A DNA stretch of 64,000 bases from Paragordius varius (taxonomy: Eukaryota > Animalia > Nematomorpha): NCBI GenBank assembly GCA_964247055.1, contig OZ176056.1, positions 5,704,001 through 5,768,000 on the forward strand, written 5' to 3'. The notes under the pieces are model-generated. The model saw only the letters and a program-made list of their open reading frames with translations, was not told the origin of the DNA and did no database searches. The translations under genes were made by a program, and so were the position numbers. Positions 36,659 through 50,470 of the stretch are shown here, one piece after another; within the stretch, counting starts at the first letter, position 1; each line of letters starts with the position of its first letter.

Positions 36659-38590
36659 CAGTCATGTAGACTTTATATTGTTAAAGATTTACTTTTTTTC
36701 ATTAATTGGGTAATAATATTTGGTAAAGAAAATAAAAACAAGAGCAATATGGTATTCCATATATTCTTTAAAAAAGTAAATGAAGGGGAAGGGCGTCGGA
36801 AATCTTTGGTAAAAAATGAAAAACTAACTACTAACCCTTCACTCAAATTTGATGGATATTTTGTAATGTTAAATTTTGAGAATATTATAGCAATTTATTT
36901 TAACATTTCAAATATTGTTGTTACGTATTTAGATGCGGAATTTTGTGGGTTTTTATCTTAAATAATTTAATAAATAGTAAAATGGGTATTTTATTATTTA
37001 TGATTAATAATTAAATTCAATAATTACTATTTTTCAACATGATAAATACCTGTATTAATCGATATTGGTTATTTTATATAGTTGTTATTAGTAATGAAAT
37101 ACAGGTTATATATATTTGTTAAAATTTAAGTAGATTTTGGATTGTTTTTGTTTTTATGTTATTCATTGTCAATTTTTATGTATTTTTAATCAGGTAAAAA
37201 TTGCGGTTTTTAAATTTAATCAAATTTAATTTTTTTATTTTTTAAACATTGTTAATTGTAATTAATTACTACATATTTGTAAATTTTAAAAAATACAGGT
37301 AAAAAAGGCGGTTTTTAACAAATTTCAAATTTAATTTTTTTTGTATCATTGTTATTTGTTATTAATTATCAAATATTTTCGACATTTAAAAAACATGTGA
37401 AAATGCGGTTTTTAATAAAATTTTAATGATTTTTAATGTTTTGTTCAACCTTGCTAATTTATTCAAATCATAGTAATTATTACCTGTATATATCAATGTA
37501 TCAAAAATATATAGTATTAATAAATTAGCGAGGTTAAACAAAACATTAAAAATTTTACTTATGTTTTAAAAACCGCAATTTTCACCTGTTTTTTAAATGT
37601 CTAAAATATTTATTAATTAATAACAAATAACAATGATACAAAAATGGTAAATTTGAAAAACTGCCATTTTCACCTGTATTTATTAACATGTCCATGGAGT
37701 AATTTATTACAATTAACAATGATACAAAATAAAAATATAAATTTGATTTTATTAAAAACCGCAATTTTTACCTGTATTTATCAAAATGACCAAATAAATT
37801 AATTACAATTACAATAATCCTAAAATACAAAAACTCAATTTTTATAAAATTTATTAAAAACTGAAATTTTTACCTGTAATTATTAAAATGTCCACAATAT
37901 TTAAATAATTACAATTAATAAAAAAATTTTGAAACCGCCATTTTTACCCTTTTTTTTATTAAATTTCCAATATGTAGTAGTTAAGTACAATTAACAATGT
38001 TAAATAAAAAACAAAAAAAATTAAATTTGACTAAACCGCAATTTTTACTTGCAAAATGTCAATACATAAAAATTGACAATGAATAACATAAAAACAAAAA
38101 CAATTCAAAATCTACTTAAATTTTAACAAATATATAACCTGTATTTTAATTACTAATAACAACTATATAAAATAATACCAATATCAAATACAGATATTTA
38201 TCATGTTAAAAAATAGTAATTATTGAATTTAATTATTAATCATAAATAATAAAATACCCATTTTAATATTTATTAAATTATTAAAGATAAAAACCCACAA
38301 AATTCCGCATCTAAATACGTAACAACAATATTTCAAATGTTAACATAAATTGCTATAATATTCTCAAAATTTAACATTACAAAATATCCATCAAATTTGA
38401 GTGAATGGTTAGTAGTTAGTGTATTTTCATTTTTTTACCAAATTTCGGACGCCCTTCCCCTTTATTTTTTACTTTTTAAGGAATATGATAGTAATACCAT
38501 ATTGCTCTTGTTTTTATTTTCCTTACCAAATATTATTACCCAATTAACGGAAAAAAGTAAATTTTTAACAATATAAAGTCTACATGACTG
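36659..38590. mobile_element. 1.9-kb foldback element (whole-length palindrome) with a TA target site
   Basis: TA|CAGTCATGTAGAC ... GTCTACATGACTG|TA. The arms remain complementary up to a ~50-nt central spacer near 37470-37520, and contain ~100-bp internal repeats with the core AAAACCGCAATTTTYACCTG. Confidence 0.9.
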
Positions 38591-38639
38591 TAATTTAATG
38601 TTATTGTGCCTCAATTTTTGACAAGGTATCCTATTACCA

Positions 38640-39950
38640 CATAATTTTTTTCCATCCTTAACTACTAAAAGTATGGATGCTTCAAAAGGCACATTTCTTA
38701 AGATGTGGCCTAAGATATCCAATTCTATTTATTAATGTACATGTTTGTATTCATCTTTTTTAAAAGTTCGGTGTGTTAGTCCTTATTGTTCCATTTTTTT
38801 TAGAGTTTGAAGTTTATATCTAATTTATAAATGGACCAACTCTCAGAACAGTAGGTTTGGGAAAACTATACACTTCCGAGCACATTATTGTAAGAGTTAT
38901 GGAATGGTTTTTAAATAATTTTATATGCTGGTACTAGAGCAAGCATTATGGCACTGTTTAATATCATAAAGAAAATCTCCATCATTCGTTATCATTAATC
39001 AATATATCTCTGTGTTGTTATATTTAGATTTAGATAGCAACCATAGAAATCTTGTATGAAATGGTTTGTCTGAGATTATGTATGGTGAATATTTTAAAAA
39101 GCTAAGGAATACAGAATACAACCCCGTCCAATTCTTTTCTTTGTGCATCCCAATATTTCCAAAAGAAAATACAGGCATCTTCTGTTACAGTAAAGATTGT
39201 AAATGAAAGTTCAAAATGGTAAGTAATATTTTAGAATTCATTTTTCATAATTTATCATGAATAATGTTATCAAATGCTACCAAATAATCAACATAACGAA
39301 TAAACAACGGTTTTTATGTTTTTGTTATTTTCTCTGATCCACTTAGAATACCAGCTTTTATGATTTATCTATTTCGTGGTTAAGTTTATTGAAATTCGGA
39401 ATTTTATTTCAACGATTTTTTTGAAGACTAGTTGTTTAAAACGATCCATATAAAGTTTAAAAGGATCTTTAAACAACCCTTTTTAGTCTTGGGAAAAGGT
39501 ATAAATATGCTCATAAAATTAAAGTTAAACGAAGGTGCCAGTTTATCTATTTAATTATTTTCAACTCTTGATGAATTGATGGCGAGAGTGATTTATGACA
39601 ATCAACAATTTAATGCCCATTGCACTACCCCTGTATTAAATTTTGATTATTATTTAAGATTTAGATGATTTTTTGCGTAGTTAATCCAATTATTCTTAAT
39701 GAATTTTTATGAGATGCTACATGGACTCTTGTTTTTCTTTTTGTTAATTGTGAAAGGATGTATGTATCCTCTTTTAGAATATTAGTTAGATTTGTAGATT
39801 TCCTTAAATTTGTATGGTTTTAAATAATATTCTTTGTTAAGCAGATGCATGAGTATGAGATAAATGGCTTTAAATAGTGGTTTTTACATTGTTTTGGCTT
39901 AGCCACTGTTTTCCAACATTTGTTGGTTCTTTATTGAGAGTTTTGAATTT
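38640..39950 (-). mobile_element. Highly decayed LINE reverse-transcriptase remnant
   Basis: Ordered degenerate motifs FIPFPKTKKG, YVDYLVAFDNIIHDKL, TGLYSVFLS..YIISDKP and TNDGDFLY, with many stops. Identification by eye only. Confidence 0.45.
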
Positions 39951-39959
39951 TTTACTTCG

Positions 39960-42900
39960 GGATGCTGGATCAGAGTCCTACCCCACCTCCTAGTGGTGAT
40001 CCGGAGGGCAAAGTCAGCGTTTTAATGAAGGCAAACGGGGTTCAGGCAAGTCTAACAGAAGGGTCGAAAGGAGGAAACTAACTTCCGACAAACCGATACA
40101 ATCGGCACTGACCTAGTTGGCCAAGCAGTTTTGCACGGGGCTGTGTAACCGAAGGAGGGTTTGAGATCTCGGGGTCTGGCAAAACATAACTCACAGTGCA
40201 TATTGCCTATTCAATACAATCATGAGAGACTAAAGTACTATTTATTCAAATACATTACAAAACAGTTATCCTACAACAACGATCCGAGAAAAAAGGGAGG
40301 GACCAGGCTCTAGTAACAGAAGCATCCAAATAGGTACCCTGGATGTCAACGGCCTGTAGTGTGAGCTCCTCGAGATTAAACTTTCAGTTGATGCGGAGAA
40401 GAAAGGCGTTGAAATTCTCGCAGTACAGGAGTGCCATAGATGCAGGGGATATGACAAGGATGTCCTGTCATACAGGCTCCTTTCTGGCTCAAGCGATAAG
40501 GCGGGCACACGTGGATGCGGGTTCCTTATCAAGAAGGATATCGCCGAGAATTGCCAATTCGAGGACATTAGTCCAAGAATTGCCAAGTTGAAAGTAAATA
40601 AATATGATATAACGATCTTTTCGGTCTACACCCCGGTCGAATCGGCAAAAGTTGTTGAAAAATCGGAATTTTACGATACTCTTGGTGCTCAACTGAGAAA
40701 TATAAAATCACGATATAGGGTCCTTGGTAATTTCAACGCTCAAGTGGATCGATCAGGTGAAAGTAATGGCATGTTTGGAAGACTAAACATTGATAGAAAT
40801 CGTGCGGGAAAATAACGGTAATCTCCTCGTTGAGCTATAATCTACATTAAGTATGTTGGAAGCTTTTTCCACAAACCTTACTGGAAAAAGGGCACTTAAG
40901 TACACCCTAGTGGCAAAGGCTTTACCCATGATCGGATACTAGTTCACAGGGGAATTAGCTTCTGAGATATGGAGTTGAAAGTTATCTTACGAGATTAATT
41001 ACAGATCACAGGGTGTTGGGAAAATTTGTCAGTGAAAGGCAAAGACTCGTCCAAAGAAGAACCTACCTTGACAGAGGAGGCCAACTAAAGACGAACTTTT
41101 AACCCTGGTCACCAACAAACGATTGAGACACAACTTTGAACACAACGTAAAAGAGAGGTTACGTTCACACAGTGGGGGGATTGATGTAACAACGTTAAAG
41201 GATGCATTAAGCAAATGTATTCCTACGTTTCCGAAAAAGATATTGAACGTGTGCCCGGGTCCAAACCAAGAAGAAATTCTCGGTGACATTAACGCTAAAC
41301 GAAAACTTCGTAAAGCAATCTGTAGTGGAAAAGCCACTCAAAGTTATAAGGCTTCACTCAAAGCCCTAAACAAATCTCTAAAAAAAATTACGCCCTTAAG
41401 TCAGAATGGTTAGAAAATAAGGCCACAGAAGTGGAGCACTGTCTAATGAACAACAATTCGAAAGGTATCTCTGTAATTCTTGATGAGGTGGTAAGCACTT
41501 GCAACAAGTGGCTGGGCACAGGTAGTGCAAGTAAGAAGAAAAGTTCGTGTGCTAATGTGGATGATATGGCAGCTTACTATGAATCAGTGTATCGTAAAAG
41601 TGGTGGTGACATCTTTGGTGATTCATTGTTTGATAGCGGTGTGGAATGTAACGATAGTGTCCCCGGAAGAGATAAAATCGAACGGTCCTTGAGAAAAATT
41701 AAATTCGGAAAGAGTAGTGGTGAGGGTTGTATAGCCCTGGAATTGTATCATGCGGGTGGTGAATCGGTCCTTGAATGCCTGATAGGCATATTCGAAAGGG
41801 TTTGAGAGATGGGCTGCATTCAGGAAGATTGGAAAGTCGCGGAGACATGTCCGATATATAAGGGCAAGGGTAAGACGATTGATCCCAAATCATATCGTCC
41901 CATCTCCTTACTCAACATTGATGGAAGATCTTCAGTGGCATTCTGAACGACGATTGCAGACGTTGTCCAAACAAGTGGTGGGTGATTACCAATGCGGGTT
42001 CAGGGAACGGAAATCTACTTGTGACCTATTATTCACACTTCGAAGGTTGCAGGAAGAATCTCGATAAGTTGACACAGAGGTGCACTGTGTCTTCATTGAC
42101 CTCGAGAAGGCGTTCGATAGCGTCCCTGGGCATTAATGGACTGTCTGGGAAAAGCGGGCTGCGGTCCGAAGTTACTAAAGCTTATAGCCAATTTGACCTA
42201 CGGCAATAAAGCGAGAGTAAAGTTGAAAGGCAATACCTCGCCTTGGTTCAAACTTGAACGGGACTTTCGGCAAAGGTGTAGACTCTCACCTGCCCTGATT
42301 AACATCTTTCTAGAGTCATGCCTTCGTGAAGCTGATCTTCAGCTGGAAGGTATCAGTATCACTCAAAAAAATCCATCCCCTTGTAGTCAGAGCCCTCCTT
42401 CAGTGAAGATACTAGCATTAACAGATGATATCGTGCTAGTCAGTACAATCGATGCGAACTTTCCTTGGCATTGGAACGTTTAAACACCACGTTTAAACGT
42501 TATGGTATCCTAATTTCGATGAGCAAATCGAAAGTTTTGGAGTTGTCAGGCTCTATAAACAACCTACCCATAATGCTAGAAACGTCTGTAATTGAAGACG
42601 TAGAAAGCTTTACGTACCTCGGATCTGAGATCAGTCAGAAGGGAGGTGTCAGCGCGAAATCATAAGGAGAATCGCAAGAGCTAGGGTGTGTAAAGTAAAA
42701 CCTATCTTGGAAAGCAAAAAATTGCTAACAAGATAAAACGGCAGCTGATAATGGGTTTCGTGGTTCAATCTCTATTGTACGGCTGTGAAACGTGGAACAC
42801 TACTAAGGCAGACGTGAGTAGGTTGTATAGTTTTCTCAATGACTGCGAACCTGTGTGGGTGTTTCACGATCAGATAAGGACGTTCCAAGTCTCCGGTCAG

Positions 42901-43744
42901 CGGTGAAGCTCTAAGTGAATAAACTTTTGGCAGTAGAAGGCTGCGCTGTTTCAGCATGCTATGCCTCGGCCAAACTTCTGAACTAGCAGCTCAGTTGTAC
43001 GATGGGATGCTGGATAAAACAGTCGGAGCAAGCTGTAGACAAAGATGGGAGCACTGTGTCCAACGAGATCTGGACTGGTTTGGGCTAAACAAAGGTAATA
43101 ATGGGTTACTTCGTATACAGGAAGTCGAATGTCGAAATCTTGACGATTTCAAACGGGCAGTTGTACAGAGTGGGAAACTACCTGAGTTTGCGCATCCAGG
43201 AAAGAAATCGAACGACTTAGCTCCTGTCAATAAATTACCTGTACAAACAGTCGTCTCAGTATCCTGTTCAGTTAATGGTTGTACGGTTAAATTCTCAAAC
43301 GAAAAGAATATGAAAAGACATGTTTCATATGGCCAAGAAAAGGGGGGAGAGCAGCAATCCATACCCATGTGCGGTTGCTGCAAATCATACAAGACTCTAG
43401 GGTGGCTTAAAAACCACCAAAACAATGTCCATGGAATATCGTTGGGAACGATGATTCCAGTCCCTGAGGGTAAATCAGTAACCGTCTCAGTCAGATCAAA
43501 GTTATACCCAGCAAACCTTTCTCCACGTGGAAAGGAAGCCTTCAAACATGTGATGGTGAGTTCATGCGTCCGATAGGAGGATGTGGGCATCGAACAGGCA
43601 CCTACAAGGGTATTGAAAATCATGTTTAATCGAAACATGATATGTCTCTAAGAGCCTGGATACCTTGACATAAATAGCTTAAAAAATCGTTACGGTGGAG
43701 AGGGCGCAAACCAAAAAACCTTTCTATAAATATTTCTATAAATA
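39960..43744 (+). mobile_element. Near full-length decayed RTE-like LINE: 5' UTR, APE endonuclease, reverse transcriptase, C-terminal C2H2 fingers
   Basis: APE motifs IGTLDVNGL, ILAVQE, GCGFL, ISPRI, SVYTP, LGNFNAQV (~40330-40750). RT motifs YRPISLL, QCGFR, IDLEKAFDSV, RQRCRLSPAL, LTDDIVL, FTYLGS, LLYGCETW. Many stops and frameshifts. Ends in (TTTCTATAAATA)x2. Confidence 0.9.
39964..40046 (+). ncRNA. Candidate HDV-like ribozyme at the 5' end of the RTE element
   Basis: (G)CUGGAUC / GAUCCGG(A) P1, ACC-UCCUAGU-GGU P3/L3, GG for P1.1, C-AAAC J4/2 and CCUACCCC / GGGGU(UC)AGG P2. The top of P1 and P4 are imperfect. Confidence 0.55.
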
Positions 43745-46552
43745 TATTGCGTGGGTATAAATGAAGAATCATTATAAAATTTACAAAAATAATATAAAAG
43801 GTGAGCGCTTCTCATATACGACAGGTTGGGAAATTACAGTTAGTATTGTGATATCTAATTGTAATGGATCCCAACCGCCTCATGAGAGACGTAAGTTTTT
43901 TTTGACTGATTGTGTCAGAGTTACTTCGGGATATGGTTCTTTGTTTGAACAATTGTGTCGTGATAAATTATTTTCTAGTTCTGCTTTGAAAATTTTAACG
44001 TTTAATCGTTTATTTCCTCAACGTAGTTGATAGCTTTTGCAATTTGCTTCAGGTTAAGTTTTGATGGATAATATTTCATGTAGAAATATATAACTAAAAT
44101 AATAGTCGATTTAGTTTTCATCGTATTATTTAGAGCATATCTAGACTTCCTTCCATTTTTTTGCCTTAGCCCGACTATTTGTAGATTTACTTACTTGTAT
44201 CATTTCTATTTTAAGTACTTTTCTTGGAATTCGATAATGATTTGAGGTTCTTATAACATATTTTTAATATTGTCTCAACACCTTTAAAAAATAATGACAG
44301 CAATGGAATATCAAAATTGTTAATGATAAAGAAAAAAAACATAAGCGGTGATTATAATGTTAAAAATAAAGGAAAGAGATAAAATAAAAAATATAATTTA
44401 AGGATCAAACATATGATAAGTAAAAGCAAGGTGGTTTAAGTCCACCAAATATCCCATACAGACGGAATTATTGAGTTATAAACAGGGTGTAGATGCGGTT
44501 ACTATGCATGTATTTACCCCACAATTGGGATCAATAAGTGTTAACTAACTGTAATTTTTAATCATAACTCCATACATTTCTAAGAACCTTCTCATGGTGT
44601 TAAAATTAATGTTTGAAGACGTAACGATATAGGAGGTATGGCGCTGTGACACTGTATGGTGTGCATGAGTTGGATTGAAACTGCGCAAATATTATATTAT
44701 TTTCATTCTCTAAGCGGGTTCCTGTTATTCACAAGTCCTGATATAATTTTACGCCCTTAACATTTTTACAAAATAGATAAACTATATAAATTTAAATGTT
44801 TTTTGAAGTTTTTGTGATCCTAGACAATAAATTTATTACAGCAATTGAAAATATATGTTGCATAAATAAAACTTCGAAATCATGAAACACTAATGAAATA
44901 AAATATCCATAAATTTAATTTAATTAATATTATCTCGTCATAAACATAAAATTTGTTGTTTTAGAGAATTTTTTGCCTTCACAGAGCCGTTATTTTTGTT
45001 CTTACTATTTAGCATTTGCGCTTTTAAAGACTTTCATATGAATAAAAATAGTTTAGTGTTTCTAAAAGTTAATAACATGATTATTAGTACAAAGAGTTAA
45101 AAGGTTGGTGTAAAAGTGGTTTTTGACAAAACTGATTATGTAATTTTCCACATGTTAAAACCTCCAGAATCACATTTTTAAGAGATAAACTACTTTTAAT
45201 TATAAGAAATTAGACGCTTTACTTTATTATATTTAAATGCAACATGACCCCTAATTTTTAAGGATTCTGAAGGCAGAGAGTTATCAAATCCAAAAATACT
45301 GTCAAAAGAAAACTACATCTTTTGATCCTTAATTTGGCACCTGTTTTACTTCGGGCTTTGACCCATTTTATTACAGACTTATTATTTTTTTTATTTATAC
45401 TGTTCAAAATTTTTCCATGTTAAAATGTAATTGAATCCTTAGTGGTTGATGCATAAATATACTTGATTAATTTCCTTTTATTTATCAAATTATAGATTCC
45501 AGTTTCACTAATGGTTTCGCATAGTTTGGCAGTATAAATAAAAGGTCTAAAGATATTACTAAAAAATTACCTGAATTCCATATCATGGTCTTGGTCGGAA
45601 ATAATTTATTCATATATTCCATCGGGATTTCTAATAAATAAATTGCATATGTTTGATTTTAATCAATAAAAAAAATATAACATTTTTTTTAAAAAATCAC
45701 CACCTTTTTAACCAAACGCAGCATTATTTTAAACAAAAGTATTTTTAGTTCTGTTTAAATGATAAATATTGCGTGTTGCCTTTGCTTGAAAATATGTTGC
45801 GGGATGAAAAAATGTTGCGTTTGCTTGAAAAAATATTGCGTTTGCCTGAAAAAGTGTTGCTTTTGACCGAAAATAATATATTGTTTTGGCTCTTAGGTGC
45901 ACTTCATTTAACACTAGGTCTATCTAATAAAAATGTCCAGATGAAATTATATATATTATCTGTTGGAAATTATATTACATTATCATGATTAAAATAAACT
46001 AGCTTACTTAAAGTAAACGTAAAAATTCCGAGATTGCGCAATATAAATTTTATAAATATGTTTGATGGCAATAAAATTATTTTAAAAATGGATACTTAGC
46101 TCAAAAATTTAATTCAAAAACAAATTTTTTAACAGAATATGCGCAAATCCTTTTCTGATATGGATTAGATCCCTCAATATGTACTTGCTTAAATCACTTG
46201 TAAGTGTCAAAACCAAAAGCATCAATCCTTAAACGTTTTATATATATAAATTTCATCGGGATAGTATTTTGTGGAGATTGTTTTATTATCATTGTAATTT
46301 CTAAAGTGCCAGCCATGAATGCAACATGGCGTATTGACAATAAAAAATTACTGTATCCCTGAAAATAGTCAAATTATGTATAAATTTTTAAAGCATTTAA
46401 ATATTATATGTGCTTTATTGATAGTAACTACTACTTTAACTTATATATCTAATTTTAGTAATACATTTTACTAATTTTTTTGCAATTTGGATTAATGGGT
46501 ATGTCTTGTTTATAATTAATAATTAACACTAAAGCCACATGCCCACCATATA

Positions 46553-46799
46553 TTTAAGGCAAACAACAACCTGGTATGGTACATTCTTTAACAACTAAAT
46601 AAGCTTGAATCTCCTTGTAATTATAATCAAGGTCGCTTGGATTTGAGTAAATTTTGTTTTGGAACATAAAATGCGTTAAATGACTTATTCGCTTGATCGG
46701 TAAATCAGTTTGGACGTAATAAGTTTGATGTGAATGGAGATGTTTCTTGTATACTTCGTATAACTCATAGTGGTTCGTAGAATATTGGACAAATCTTAA
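46553..46799 (-). CDS. Putative exon (Z2), divergent member of the - strand family
   Basis: Phase-0 acceptor TATAG|TTA. 76+ open codons LRFVQYSTNHYELYEV...KECTIP, followed either by a phase-1 donor at 46570 or read-through to GCCLP*. Only weak similarity to the N-termini of Z1/Z3. Confidence 0.4.
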
Positions 46800-47149
46800 C
46801 TATACCAAAACAAATTTAATTTTATAAACAAGTAACCTTGCGATAATATTTTTGGGAATATTTAGGCTAAAAAAGTATTCGATTGATTTGCCTTAAGAGT
46901 CGTTGTAAATGAGTAGTTTTAGATAAGTTAAATATTCAAGTATGTTATCCATATACCTATATTTTTAGATAAGAATATATTTTTGTTCTATTAAATCTTT
47001 TTTATATATTTAATCTTCTAATTTTAGACACCTCTTTTTATAATTAACGCATAAAAACAGCCGAGCCCAAAAATTACTACTGGTTTTGTTCGAAGCATTT
47101 ATCACATAAATATTTATATACCACGGTGCGCGGCAAAAAATTATTTTTA

Positions 47150-50100
47150 ATGAATCATATATCATTCGATACCTAAACGTTTCAATATAATGATTGAAAT
47201 GATGTATGCGGTAAAAAAGTTATATTATTTTTTCTGATACTACCCAAAATCAAAAAATCGCATTTTAATTGCATATTATGTCAAATAAAATCAATACTAC
47301 AATACGGGGGCGTACCGATGGGGGGGCAAGGGGGTGCATCATGCCCCGGGCGCCGTTATTTAGGGGCGCCTAAATGATTTTTTTAAATTAAATTTAAATT
47401 ATGCAAAAATTATAACAAATTTCAAGTAAAATTCTTCAGCACCATAGGTAATCTGTAAAATAATATCAAAATTATATAAATGAGATCAAGATCAAACAGT
47501 ATGCAAAAAACAACTTTCATTATTCTTTTCAACATGTGCAAACTTATTTTTTCGCTTTAAAAACGTTTCTTTCTCACCCACATATTGTTAATTCTTTTAT
47601 TGCCTTTAATTAAATTATTTTAACTTGTCGCCCTGTTGCACACTTGCTGGCTTAAGTAGACTTTCTCAACTTCGCTCGGCTTACAAGTCAACTGCGACTT
47701 TTTATCACCCCATCCCTTATCTCTGACAAGTCAAGTGCGACTTTTTTATCACCCCACCTCTTATCTCTTGTTCTTAGATTTTTATGATTGCATTCCCATT
47801 TTATACGAAAACCCAATTTTATTTATTTAAATCGCCGAGATCATTCCATAAGGTAGGTTTTATTATTAATATAGCCTTGTTTTTTTAATTATTACATTCA
47901 TTTTCATCACATATCAATGTCTAAACTCAGCGGTTACGCAAATAGAAAACGAAAAATCAAGGAAGAGAATAAAACAAATAAAATGCGAAGGCGAATGAAA
48001 TCTTATTCGAAAATATCTGACCCTAACATTGAAAAAGTGTATGCGATGCAAACATAACGGCAATAACTTAAATACACCTGAAACCCTAGTTATTGATTCA
48101 ATAAATATATATAAAACTACAAATATATCATTGTAATTCCATATACCTACAGAGTTAAATGATGTCGCCACTTTCTAATAATAATGTCCCTCCCTAATAT
48201 TTAATCAGCCTCGCACAATAATGATTCTTCGTGGATCTCAAGTATATTAAAATAAATGCCATCTCTTTGAAATCATCGTTCTATGACTCAATCTTGGTTT
48301 TCTCGAAGTGTCGGTAAAATAAGGATTTGAAGTTAAGAAGTCTTGGCTTTTATATTCAAAGAACAGATCTGAGTATTGTTATGGATGCCTACTATTTGAT
48401 CGATCTTATTATATGAAATATTGGCCTGCATGAAATTTCTAATCAACCAAAATTTCCCTGAGGTCATGTTGCAAGTTTAATGTATCTAGATGACTCACCA
48501 CCAAATCCTGGAAATCTCCACCTTTACTAAAATTTGTTGCTCATTCCAATAATGGGAGAACACATGAGAAATATTGAATTTTTTAAAACTTTATCCTATC
48601 AAATTAAAACGAGTTTATACATCTTTTAGCTTCAAGAGTTAAAGCTAAATTAATCAATGACATAAACAAAGTAAATATTATGAACTTTTGATTCAACGCC
48701 AGATATAGCGGACCGAGAACAAACTCAAGTTGCCTAATTGATTATGAGAAAAAGAAAGTTGTCATAAAGGAATCCTTTTTGGGTTTTTTTCCAGTTATTG
48801 TCCATTGAAAAGGTAATTTTAGAAAATTTAAATATGGATAATATTCAGTTATCAAATTGTAGATCTCCAATGCTATGATAATGCAGCTGTGATGTCGGGT
48901 CACATTTTAGGCGTTTAACAAAAAATTTCGGAAATAAAAGAGCAATATTTGTCAATTGTTACAATCATTCCTTAAATTTAGTAGGACGGTACCAAAAAAG
49001 ATGTTATTGTTGTAACGTGTTTCGGTATAATTGAATATATCCATCTTTTTTTATTCAACTATTAGATGGGACCTATTAAAAAATAAACTAAAAAAACTGT
49101 TAAGCGTGAGTCTGAAAGCCCGATGGAGTGCTAGAATTCAAGCACTTAATGCCATTGAGGGAATAGATGATTTGATAGAGGTCTTAAAAGAATTATGTAA
49201 AAATATTTCAAATACTAGTATAACAAGAAGTGAAGCATCCATTTTACTTCAGAGTGTTTGAAATTTCAATTTTTAACATTTTTCTAGCATCAAATACTTA
49301 TAATCGATAGGGTTCAACATAGATTGCAAGATCTTAAAATTAATTTTAATGAAGCATTTAAGAGTGATACTTTTTACTAAATTGCTTTATTGACTTTCAA
49401 AAAGAAAAGGGGGAAGGGGGCGCCATAAGAGTTCTATGCCCCGGGCGCCGCAAATGCTCGGTACGCCACTGCTACAATAGATGAAAACGCTTCACTTAAA
49501 GATTATTTGATTAAACATAGCATAAGATTTTAAATGGAAAGTTTATTAAAAAAAGTTAGTATTTTTGGATGTCCTAGAAAGACTTACAATAATATCAGCT
49601 AAAAAATCGCATTTTGGCGTCATATTTGAACATAAAACTTGTTAATATGCGGTAAATTTTAATTTTTATCAAAACAATCATATAGTAACTCCATATATAG
49701 AATTTATCCAATATTTACCTTCAAAAAAATTTAAGCCTTATATGAGGATGAAATATTTTCTATATTTTGGTGCTAAGCAGGAGCGTATGTTTTTTACAAA
49801 TGAAATATATATATTATTGATATCTTTTCCATACAAATCGATGCAAAAAACATTTATCATCCCACTTTGATATAGGGAATTATTATACTTGAAAATCTTG
49901 ATTATATACTTGGCGCCATTTAGGCTTTCAATACCGGCTTTGGAAAAAATATCCCCACAGCAATGAGTCGAGAGATTTTTTTTTCTGCATCGAATTGTAT
50001 GAAATGATATTAATTTATAAATTGAATGTTTTGTAAAAATTATATGCAGCTTCCGCTTTGGTTCATATAAAAAAAATTTCTTCTTCATATAATTAAATTT

Positions 50101-50470
50101 TTTTGAACAAATATTGGTTAAACTTATATGGTTTTAATATATGATTGTTTTAATAAAAATTGAATTATTGACCGCATAACAAGTTTCATGATTCAAATGT
50201 GACTCCAAATTGCGATCTTAGCTCATATTATTATAAGACTGTCTAAAACCCTCTGAAAAAATTTAAAACCTTTTTTAATTATTTTTGCGTTTTGCTTTAT
50301 TAAAACAAATATTTAGTTGATGCGTTTTCATCTATTGTATTTAATTTTATTTGACCTAATATGCGAAAAAAATGCTTTTTTAATGTTGGGTAATAACAAA
50401 AATTGAGATAACTTTTTTCTAGTATTTTAACCGTATATATTATTTCAAGATTCATTTGAAGCTTTTATAT
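47150..50470. mobile_element. Long-TIR (foldback-like) element whose left arm is interrupted by the hAT insertion
   Basis: 47150-47304 plus 49472-49715 is the reverse complement of ~50110-50470. Confidence 0.7.
47305..49471 (+). mobile_element. hAT DNA transposon (ZMYM1-like/Tip100-type transposase pseudogene) with a perfect 8-bp TSD
   Basis: TIR CGGGGGCGTACCGA / TCGGTACGCCACTG and TSD CTACAATA on both sides. Remnants MSKLSGYANRKRK, FDSTPDIADREQ, YDNAAVMSG, FVNCYNHSLNLV and RWSARIQAL. Confidence 0.92.

Noticed and set aside
38900-39220. FN3-like reading (FTIHNLRQTISYKISM) with a 21-nt intron
   Set aside because: It could not be joined in frame past several stops. Another frame gives ordered RT-like motifs, so a decayed LINE explains the region better.
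42991-43638. 215-aa minus-strand ORF as a separate gene
   Set aside because: It is the antisense shadow of the GC-richer RTE C-terminus and has no recognisable motifs.
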